DNA of 63,087 nt, counting the filler, from Octopus bimaculoides (lineage: Eukaryota): NCBI RefSeq assembly GCF_001194135.2. It is 6 parts of 5 records of this genome, joined end to end, with 100 filler letters (N's around TTAATTAATTAA, not from the genome) between each part and the next. Parts side by side here need not be neighbours in the genome. Positions count along the whole stretch, not along the records: positions 34,525 to 57,129 come from NC_068989.1; 5 more parts are not named here. One strand, given 5' to 3'. A program made the translations under genes and the position numbers. Shown here piece by piece: positions 41,270-51,445 of this stretch (its first letter is position 1; each line of letters starts with the position of its first letter). The notes beneath the pieces were generated by a model that did not search any database, was not told the DNA's origin, and was given only the letters and a program-made list of their open reading frames with translations.

Positions 41270-41345
41270 GGGATGAAATAAGGGATGTTTTCATCCCACC
41301 GAAAGCGCTGCTGATGGTATAAGAGGTGCCCTTACTAGTTTTCAC
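41270..41345 (+). promoter_or_regulatory. Candidate promoter and left end of element B
   Basis: 9-bp stem GGGATGAAA/TTTCATCCC (41270-41297); TATAAG at 41318, 72 nt upstream of the ATG at 41390. Confidence 0.5.
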
Positions 41346-41389
41346 AGCAGACCAGGGACAGCGAAAATTAGAATATTTCACTGGTACAA

Positions 41390-41793
41390 ATGAAGTATTT
41401 AAATCACGTGACATCAGTCTCTCGTCCATTCCAACACATGCCGGCGATACGTAAACATCTAGCTCGACATAGATACAGCAAGGAATATAACATTCCAGGA
41501 CATGAATTTACTGGGCCAGGAACAGATTTATGCAAAAGACTATACGACACACCATTAAACAAACTAGACGCTGCAGCAAAAGCACATGACATCAACTACG
41601 CCAATCCTGATAAAGATACTTGGGAATCAGACAAAGTCTTCATATCTGAAGCATCCACGCAGGAGCCGCCGGCATACTCTCCGCTGGGTCAATCGCAGCT
41701 AAACATTATATTGGACTTGATAAAGTCTTCAGACCAGACAGTGCTGCTAAAGTTAGTTCTTTCTCTATTCTTGATTATTGTCGCAATCAAAAC
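41390..41793 (+). CDS. Parvoviral VP1-unique region with a phospholipase A2 domain, split by a one-base frameshift near 41655
   Basis: IPGHEFTGPGT (Ca loop) and PLNKLDAAAKAHDINY (catalytic HD..Y). After ESDKVFISEAS the domain continues in the -1 frame as HAGAAGILSAGSIAAKHYIGLDKVFRP, which is the frame of ORF 41794. Confidence 0.85.
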
Positions 41794-43967
41794 ATGTCCG
41801 ACACTCAGAATGCAGATTCTCAAGGCGAAGCAGGCAATGGCTGGGCAGGACAAACACACGGAGGAAGCAGATTGCCAGCTGCAAGCGAAAACTTCATGCG
41901 GCAATACACGATACAAAGAATGTTTCGGAACATGGTGAAAACGACAAAAATGAATGACGCAATAGTTAAATTCGACAAGTTCGAAGGAAACAAAGAGGCT
42001 TTCAGAAGAGTCGGCGACCAATGTTACGGCGTTGTCAAATCAGAAGACTACATCGTCCCATACTGGCTAACATCATGGATTAAATCTATTCAATTCGAAC
42101 AAGTTTTAAAAACAGCAACTTCATACAGGATAGACAGCATCGGATTCCAAATTACAGACATCATAGGAGGCAACAGGCAACAGCTACAGCCAGCAGCCAT
42201 GGACACACCAGTCAACAACTTCAACATGAGCGACAACGACGACAAAAATACATTCGACCAAGCAGTGAAGTCGGAAGAGTTGAAACCATACACGTGGGTG
42301 TACAGACTCAGAGATGAGAACGAGATAACTTGGGATGAGACGATCACCATCAGCGCAGCGGCAGACACCTTCACACACAACTACACGCCGCAGACGAATT
42401 ATTTCATGAACATTCTATCGAAACATCCGAACGTAACGATATACCACAAGCGTTCCATTTCGGCGATAAAACATTGCTACGACAGACCACACTTTCACGT
42501 AATATCATGGCATAAAGACCATCCGACAAACCTACATAGCTTTTCACAACTTAAAAATTTGTTAAAAAACGACCTCGAAAAACCGTACAACATGGCAGCT
42601 ATGAAGCTATTCACACCGTATGGATTCGCAAACTACCTAAACAAAGACAACTCCATCAGATGGGTAGTATCTGCTGACAACATCAAAACACTCGGACAAA
42701 AGATGATGTATGAAAAGCTCACATGCAAATCATTGAATACAACAACAAATTACTCACAGGAATCAGACGAAGACAAGCAACTCATTAACAACAAGACTGT
42801 AAGAGGATCTAAATATGATTTTATTAANNNNNNNNNNNNNNNNNNNNNNNNNNNNNNNNNNNNNNNNNNNNNNNNNNNNNNNNNNNNNNNNNNNNNNNNN
42901 NNNNNNNNNNNNNNNNNNNNNNNNNNNNNNNNNNNNNNNNNNNNNNNNNNNNNNNNNNNNNNNNNNNNNNNNNNNNNNNNNNNNNNNNNNNNNNNNNNNN
43001 NNNNNNNNNNNNNNNNNNNNNNNNNNNNNNNNNNNNNNNNNNNNNNNNNNNNNNNNNNNNNNNNNNNNNNNNNNNNNNNNNNNNNNNNNNNNNNNNNNNN
43101 NNNNNNNNNNNNNNNNNNNNNNNNNNNNNNNNNNNNNNNNNNNNNNNNNNNNNNNNNNNNNNNNNNNNNNNNNNNNNNNNNNNNNNNNNNNNNNNNNNNN
43201 NNNNNNNNNNNNNNNNNNNNNNNNNNNNNNNNNNNNNNNNNNNNNNNNNNNNNNNNNNNNNNNNNNNNNNNNNNNNNNNNNNNNNNNNNNNNNNNNNNNN
43301 NNNNNNNNNNNNNNNNNNNNNNNNNNNNNNNNNNNNNNNNNNNNNNNNNNNNNNNNNNNNNNNNNNNNNNNNNNNNNNNNNNNNNNNNNNNNNNNNNNNN
43401 NNNNNNNNNNNNNNNNNNNNNNNNNNNNNNNNNNNNNNNNNNNNNNNNNNNNNNNNNNNNNNNNNNNNNNNNNNNNNNNNNNNNNNNNNNNNNNNNNNNN
43501 NNNNNNNNNNNNNNNNNNNNNNNNNNNNNNNNNNNNNNNNNNNNNNNNNNNNNNNNNNNNNNNNNNNNNNNNNNNNNNNNNNNNNNNNNNNNNNNNNNNN
43601 NNNNNNNNNNNNNNNNNNNNNNNNNNNNNNNNNNNNNNNNNNNNNNNNNNNNNNNNNNNNNNNNNNNNNNNNNNNNNNNNNAACGAAATACCAAATGCAA
43701 ACGACAGACCACTTTTCACCAGAGAGAAAAAAGAAATTCAGTGCAATTAAAAGAAAACTGATTGAAGCCATCGAAACATCACCAAATTATGAACCAGCAA
43801 AAAGACAATGCCAATACGATCCAGACCAACAAGCACAAGCATGCATTTACCATGGACGTATAACTCCGTCGTCCTGTAACTTCGGCGGAGGAGCAGCAGA
43901 CGAAGACGACCAACAACCAATAACTGAAGACTGGAGTCCATTACCGATGATAGACGAAGACATATGA
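41794..43967 (+). CDS. Element B main frame: capsid-like N-terminal fragment fused in frame to NS1 (middle hidden in gap 42828-43681)
   Basis: Gly-rich GEAGNGWAGQTHGG, then RQYTIQRMF, YIVPYW and FEQVLKTATSYRIDSIGFQITDI (jelly-roll strand B-D pattern), then with no stop HFHVISWH and YGFANYLNK. The post-gap tail QQAQACIYHG...QQPITEDWSPLP matches copy A. Confidence 0.82.
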
Positions 43968-44125
43968 CTACAAAATACATTCACATTTATAAGACAAAGA
44001 GAAATCACTGCACTCAACGGTCAGAGAATTTAAAAATATACAAGAGACATTTTCTTCCAACGCATATGGGAACATATGAACACTGATTTTTTCCTTGATA
44101 TTTACTTTTAATAATTCCCTTGAAT

Positions 44126-44390
44126 TCGCGTGTGCGCGTTCTAACTTTTAAACTATCGCTGTCGCTGGTGACAGGTCGCGTGTGCGCGCAACATGNNNNN
44201 NNNNNCGCGTGTGCGCGTTCTAACTTTTAAACTATCGCTGTCGCTGGTGACAGGTCGCGTGTGCGCGCAACATGAACTCTAACTTACACCCACCCTCCTC
44301 CTTCTGTTGCAACTATTGCTATTTTATATTCTTATATGAATCAATAAACAATGTTTATGAACTTATATTGTGTATTATTATTATTATTAT

Positions 44391-44425
<35 letters not shown>

Positions 44426-44481
44426 TATTATATATATTATACTAATATACTAATTATGACGTCATCACCTGTCACCAGGTG
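44126..44481. other. GC-rich motifs downstream of NS1-B (candidate right end)
   Basis: CGCGTGTGCGCG repeats; 12-bp inverted repeat CTGGTGACAGGT / ACCTGTCACCAG; AATAAA at 44343; ATGACGTCAT palindrome at 44456. Confidence 0.6.
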
Positions 44482-45042
44482 GGACTGGGAAGGGATTATC
44501 CATTACGANNNNNNNNNNCACCTGTCACCAGGTGGGACTGGGAAGGGATTATCCATTACGAATTGCTTGAACGGAACCAAACGGTCAACGCGGAACTCCA
44601 TGTTCAACAGATGGAATGACTCAACATGGCTATTAAAGAGAAAAGACCTAATCGGCAGCATGGAGTTCTTTTGCTGCACGACAACGCCTGCCCATATATT
44701 GCCAATATGACCAAGGAAGCCATTCAAACGCATTTCTAGGAAGTGCTGCCACACCCGCCGTACTCTCATGATTTGGCACCAACGGATTTCCACCTCTTTC
44801 AAATGCTATGCACTGAGTTCCGTTCAATACTGATGCTGAATTGAGAGCTTGGTTGGATGAATTTTTCGAGTCGAAATCAGGTGATTTCTACCAACGAGGT
44901 ATTGAAAATCTTGTTGAATGTTGGGAAGAAGTTGTAAACAACAAGGGTGAATACATTATTAATTAGTTGTTATTTCTTATCAAACCTTTAAAAAAATTCA
45001 AATTTAAAAAAAAACGGCAGGAACTTAGTTGCCAACCCAATA
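44480..45042 (+). mobile_element. 5'-truncated mariner (DD34D) element with right terminal inverted repeat
   Basis: WDWEGIIHYELLERNQTVN, LLHDNA.P, HPPYSHDLAPTDFHLF and FYQRGIENLVECW; ends GGAACTTAGTTGCCAACCCAATA. Confidence 0.88.
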
Positions 45043-45059
45043 TATCCAATCACCTCACA

Positions 45060-45530
45060 GGAATGCAAGTCACACTTAACGAAAAGAATTCAGCTGCTGC
45101 AAACATTCCCTGAGCTGATCATTCAGTGAATCTTGTTGAACAATTTTCTGGTCCTTGCTGTGCTAAAACTATTACATTGACTTCAAACAGAAGTTATAGA
45201 ACTTTTGTTCTGCGTTGACGCTCAGATGGGCAAATTTAATGAAATCTCTAAGGAAATTAAAAGAGGACAAACTTTGAAGTGCTTGTCAGACACTCACTGG
45301 TTAGCAAAAGCTGATGATATTGAAGCCCTCAATAATGGATATAACTACATTCAAAAGGCACTCAGACATACTGATGACGATTTATCAGACATTGACAGAC
45401 AAAACAGATTATCTTGAAACTGCTCTGAGAGCTAAACTCTGGAATGTAATTCTTGTATGGTTTAACAGTACAAATAAAGCTTTTCAAGAGTTGATGTTGA
45501 GCCCAACATGGTCTATAATGTCATGAAATG
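45060..45530 (+). pseudogene. hAT-type transposase fragment (ZMYM1-like group, tentative)
   Basis: TLKCLSDTHWLAKADDIEAL resembles the LK.LS.TRW motif; degenerate. Confidence 0.5.
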
Positions 45531-45859
45531 CTAGTGAGATGGGTTCAACTAATAGCAAGTTCATTCCTGGTCAAAAACAATTTGTAAGGACGAAACAATT
45601 GGTGGATGTCATTCAAAAGAGTCTACCTCCACACCAGATTAGGTATAAAGAGAACACAAAATTCATGCAAATAGATATCCAACTACTATGCTTTCATCAA
45701 TCCCACACTGCTAAATAAGGCACTAATCTTTGTTAGGAAAATCTTTTGCATTACAATGGAAGAAATAGATATTGTAATAGAAGCTGGAAAAACGATTATA
45801 GAATATGAAGGAAAACTCCGGACGAGGAAAGACAGCTAATAACTTTGACAAAACCATAG

Positions 45860-47175
45860 GTTTGAGTGACTCAGCTCAAATAACAAATCTAGAAGGCATT
45901 TATATCTTAAGATGCATAGACATGGAGTTTCCAGCTAATTTTTTCATTCTCAAAACTACAAACTCCAAGAGAATCTTTATGTATATTCTTCACCTCTTAC
46001 TACTTTGCCAACATTTTGTTATTGAAGAATTTGCTCAATCAGTTCCCATGAAGGACACAAGTACAGGGGCTGATATTTTCATGCAAATTAACCAATGGTC
46101 AAAGAAGAAGAATTTTGATTTATGAAAACTCATTGGTGTAACCACCGATGGAGCACCAGCAATGATCGAGGAGAAAAAGGGGCTTGTTACATTACATCAA
46201 GAGCACATTGGACATCATAGAAAATTAATCAGACTCCATTGCATTACCCACCAGGACATACTTTGTGCAAAGTCATTGTTATTTGAAGAAATTATGATAG
46301 AAGTTGTGAAAACAGTGAATTTCATCCTTTCAGTCATCACCAATTCCAGGAGTTTCTCAAACATGTTGAAACAGAATATGGTGATTCAGCAAATTTTTCA
46401 AATGTCTGCTGGCTATGCCATGGTAAAATGCTGTAGCGAATGAGGGAAGAAATTGTCTGATTTTTGGAGATAAAAGGACAAGATGCTAGACACCTTACTG
46501 ATCCACAGTGGATCGCTAAACTAGCATTTTTGGTCGACATCACAAATTACTAGGATTCGTTGAATCTTGAACTTCATGGAAAAAATAAGTTAACTTACGA
46601 TGTGTTCGGCCATGTCACAACATTTGAAAGAAAACTTCAATTGTGGGTCTTGCAGTTACAGAAAGGCATTTTCTGTCATTCCGAATCTCCAAAATCATAC
46701 AGACGACATTAATCAAGATATTTTTGAGGAGGACATTCAAGATTTGAGAAATTAGTTCTCTTCCTGATTTGCCAACTTCCAACAGCATGGAACCCAATTG
46801 AAACTATTTGGTTCACCCTTTGACACAGATGCAGAAAATCTCAAGGAAAAATATAAGTTGGACCACATAGACTTACAGTGTAATTATTTCTTAAAGTCAA
46901 AATTTCAATGGGAAAGTACCACTGAATTCAACAAGAAGTATTTTCTTCCATCTGGAAAGTATCAAAGCTTCCTGCAAAATGCAAAATTGATGGCTTCATT
47001 ATTTGGAAGTCTGTATTCCCACGAACAACTATTTTAGAAGATGATGTTCACAAAAAATCAATTGAGAACAAGATTACAGGACAACCACTTGGATGATGTT
47101 TTGCTTCTGTCATCGACAATTTCACCTGATATTGAGAAATTGTTAAATGGTAAACAGAAACAGGTTCTCATTAAA
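45860..47175 (+). pseudogene. hAT transposase remnant (SPIN/GTF2IRD2-like)
   Basis: IEEFAQSVPMKDTSTGADIF, VTTDGAPAM, LHCITHQ, FGSLYSHEQLF and QVSH*; contains stops. Confidence 0.85.
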
Positions 47176-48712
47176 ACTTTCCTTCCCTTACTGGCTTTCA
47201 TTATTCTGGAGAATTAATGTTTTGAGTTATTCCATTTATTATTTCATGGTATATCAGCATCAAAAAGGGTACAGTTTGCAGTCAATTCGCACCAAATCTA
47301 TCGACATTGCCGTTATCAATATATATAAAACTGAGAATGTGTGTTTGTCTGTCTGTGTGTGGGAATCACTAAAAGTCGATAACTACACAACCAATTTCAC
47401 ATGCCTTACTTAGGGTCCATGCAGTGTCATGTGCAAAAGAATTTTCAACTTCTTGCCTAATGTGAGCCCAGAGCAATCTCTTATCTCTTACACTATTCCA
47501 GTATTACATGTCAAAAGTGAAACAATAACATCTCTATTGTAATGCGAGATAATTTCAGTTTAATAGTTTCATTATTAATACTGAAACTATTAAAGTGAAA
47601 CTGTTACCTCACATATATACATGCATTCACACACACACATATTATATACCCTGAATTGTGGTACAATATGGACAGATTTCGGAGTACCAATGAACTTTTA
47701 TGTAAATGTATCAACTTAAAGGATAAAGATATTACAATGCATATTACAATGGACAATACCAAGTGGACTCTCACTTTTTATCTCTCATGTTTCTCCCTCT
47801 TTTACTTTCTTCTTGATGACTTCTTTGTGATATAATACTTGGGAAAGAATATATTTGCGGCTGAAGATAGCTTTATACCATCCTGTCTATCAATCATATA
47901 ACAATATAATGATGCAACGACTATAAAGCTTGAAACACATGTACCGCGGAATCCTTTGTGTTCTGTTTTTATTTTATTCTTATCGGATTTAGAAAGGAAT
48001 ACTTCCATGATTTAAGAGTTATAAATATAATATAATATAATTTAATATATAAGGAAGAAAAATAATAAAATAAAATAATTAGAAGTACCAACAGACATAA
48101 TATAAGTAGGCCGGAATAGAACTGGTATAATTTGAACTTGATTAGGGATGCACTTATAAATGAATTAATAAATAAAATTAAAAATACAAGTAAAATACAA
48201 ATAAAATCTTATAATGAACTAATCCGTAATAAGATATGATTGGGCTTGTGATTTAATTTAACTTATCAACCTATGCTAATTAGATATTACTATATATTCT
48301 TTTTTTCTTTTTATATATACATATGCGCAATCCTTTTTGAATCGTGTACGTGTTTGTTGGATACTGTTACCTCACAAGTGGAGTGTTAAATTGATTTTGA
48401 TAGTTGAACTGTGTTTTTGTTAATTTTTATAGTTAATTTTTGAAAAATTGTTATAGTTGGTGAAACCGGCAATGGTTTCGCCGTGTAGGGAAGCCTACAC
48501 AATGGCAGAAATGAGGAGTGAACTGACAGGAGGAAGAAATCGAAAGAAAATGCGAGATAAGATTAATTCCGGACGAGCATGAACAACCAAGAATTATAAG
48601 AAAACAACCAGCAACTTCGAAAAGAAATATAGACGTAAAAAGCCCCAAAACAACGGAATCCAACGAAATAGAAAAGGAAAAAACGACAAGGAAGAAGTTA
48701 GACTTCACAGCG

Positions 48713-49579
48713 GTGGCTGGTGCCAAACAAAGGAAAGTAAACCTAAGTAACACGGAGAAGCATAAGCAAATGATGAAAAGGGAGGGTCACGGCATTATTG
48801 CAACCCCTCCCCAAAGCTTTTTGGAAAGAATAGAGAAAGAAACAATAATATTCAAGACATACAGCACAAAAGAAAAAAAAATAGAGTTCGTCTCAGAGGC
48901 CGAGATCGAAAAGTGCCTGAAACCGATACTGGAAAAAATTACCTAAATCACCAGAGACAAGCGTTATGCTACTGTAGAGGTGAGAATGGAGTCAGAGGAA
49001 GCTGCCCGACTCCATTCTGTAGAGCCTCTGGGAACGGAAAATGTGGTTCTCTTACCACTGTACATGGGTAGGAGAACATCACAAATAACAATAAAGAACA
49101 TTTCCCATGAGGTGGACCCAGAGTGGCTAGTTGCCGCAACAACAATGGGCCTGGAAGACAGGATTACAATAATGGACGCAACTGTGATTGAACCAAGACT
49201 GCGATACGGCCAGGCCCTAAAAATAACAATTCAAGCGGAACAGGCCACACTGGAAGAAATAATTGAAAGTTTTGAGGTTGGTGGCACACGACTAGTCGTG
49301 TCAGTGGAAGGCCGCAAACCTCGTTGCTTCCAGTGTGGCAAGAAGGGTCACCTCAGGGCGAACTGTAATCAGAAGATAGAGGAAGAAAAAACTAGCCAGG
49401 AAGAAACAGAAGCAAAAAGGAAGGATTCAGAAGTAGTGAAAGAAGAACAGGAAACGAAAAAGGAACGAACACCAGTGCCAGTGGAAAAGGTTGGAGAGGG
49501 TTGGACTACTGTGTCCAACAAAAGAAAGTTAAAACAGCCCTCCCCAACGGAAGACAAGCAAAAAGGAAAAAAAAACTAA
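48713..49579 (+). mobile_element. Non-LTR retrotransposon ORF1-like protein with a CCHC zinc knuckle (L1/Tx1-like), broken
   Basis: GRKPRCFQCGKKGHLRANC; GWTTVSNKRK; stop codon at 48944. Confidence 0.7.
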
Positions 49580-50267
49580 AAAACGTGAAACAAAAGAAAA
49601 AGACAGTTGTTACATGGTGGTTCGAACCTCAAACTTTGGCATCAAGTACTACAGGAATGCCCGCACGGGTCGCCACTGCATGATGCCAAAGGTGCCTTTG
49701 TGAGTAATGCTATCTGTTGGAGTCTCAGCTTCTTTAGCTGCTATTTCTGAACNNNNNNNNNNNNNNNNNNNNNNNNNNNNNNNNNNNNNNNNNNNNNNNN
49801 NNNNNNNNNNNNNNNNNNNNNNNNNNNNNNNNNNNNNNNNNNNNNNNNNNNNAGCAAGTGTTTATTATGTATTAGGGAATCCCTTTCCATTCTTAGGTCT
49901 TTGGGCCGAAAACTTTGAATAAGTTTATTGAGGTAATCTCTTTTGCAATCATAAATTTCCCTCCACCTTCCTAAAACTATATAAAAATAAAAATAAGAAC
50001 AAAAATAATAGTATCAGTAGTGGTAATAATGGTGGTAATGGTGATAGATACAATGGTTAGTATTTATTTATTATCATAGCTTACGTTGGATTTGAAACCT
50101 GGTAGTTTTAATTAGTTACTAAACCTGCTTGACTATTCCAAAGGGTATATTAAAAATAAATTTTTTTTTATTTTTTTTTTTAGGTCTAGTCCATATTAGT
50201 TATATAAGCTTGCTCTCATAATATAATTTCTTTCTACTGGTGCCTTCGTTGATGTTTGTGTGTTCTT

Positions 50268-50348
50268 TACCCTGAAGAGGGGTCATCACTAGTTTGTGCT
50301 CTATTGTGCTCTAAATATGGTGATGTACCCCCGAAATGGCCATAGGTG
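50268..50348 (+). ncRNA. Minimal type I hammerhead ribozyme candidate
   Basis: TACC-CTGAAGA-GGGGTCATCAC...GTGATGTACCCCC-GAAA-TGGCCA-T-A-GGTG: intact core, palindromic stem III (ATGGCCAT), AUA triplet, 4-bp stem I. Confidence 0.6.
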
Positions 50349-50973
50349 TTTTGTTTGTATTCCGACCTATATTTGTAATCCTTTGTAAATGATGTTAAAT
50401 TATGGATTGATTTCACCGATGTTACCTGCTGGATGTTGGTTTAATGTATCGACTTGTGTGCCTTGATTTTCTTGGACTTAAATAACGCTGATGGTGAAAT
50501 ATGGATTTTACTTTGTTACACATTGGATGTTCTGTTATTATGTCGTCCCATGTACTTCGGTATTTCTGTGTATGAATTACGAAATTGGATTTTACCTACT
50601 AAATTTGCTGTCCTGAGGGAAGTAATGAACTTTTGTACAATTTAAACTTAATCTTCTTTTATTAGCCATTAACCTCAACGAATGAACTATTTTACTAGAA
50701 AACTTCGAAAAACATCTTTTTGATCTTATAGCTAATGTGAAATACAAGGAGCATCCACTTAAGAAAAATTTACATCTGCATTTAATGTAATGCTCGCACT
50801 ACTTAAATGAATGGAGTAGCATGAAACGTGCGTACTGCAATCATCTTTGAAATCCGTGTTGCTTATTTTGATTTTTTGATCACCTATCCTTTTGGAATGG
50901 TTTTTGTATAATACCATACCATACAATATTCTGGTGCCTAAACATAAGTACCATATTCAATCTTGAATCTAAA

Positions 50974-51007
<34 letters not shown>

Positions 51008-51033
51008 TACAGACCGCCGAAAAGCAAAAATAA

Positions 51034-51445
51034 TGTTATGTCCCTATAGTTGAAAGTGGGTTATACGTCTTTAGATGCATACCTGACTTTCCTATTATAA
51101 AATTAAAGAATATAACGGAACGCTGAACTCCAGACTATCAACTTAAACAACATTTATTCAGGTGGTAAATATATACATCTTTAGTTCTTGTTGTTACAGC
51201 TTCTGTTGTTGGGACGTTGTTATGTAGGTGTGAGCGAGCTGTCGAGCGTAAGTCCGAAAGATGTAGAGAGACAGCTTAACACGTAAAGAGGCTGTCTCCA
51301 GAGTTCGAATGTTAGAGACACTCTTGACACGTCCATTGCTCTGTGCTGGCCAGCAAGAAAGAGAATGAATTGAGTGGGAACGCTTGGTTGTTTAATTCTA
51401 CGCATGCGTGAGACTGCGCACGGCGTTATTACATCCCTATTCCCC
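51034..51445 (-). mobile_element. Candidate LTR with adjacent polypurine tract
   Basis: Minus strand GGGGAATAGGGA directly followed by TGTAATAA; possible CATAACA ends at 51218 or 51034; AATAAA near 51155 on the minus strand. Confidence 0.4.

Noticed and set aside
44126-44560. Apparent tandem duplications of about 70 bp and 43 bp in the right end of element B
   Set aside because: Each pair is separated by exactly 10 Ns, consistent with unmerged overlapping contig ends.
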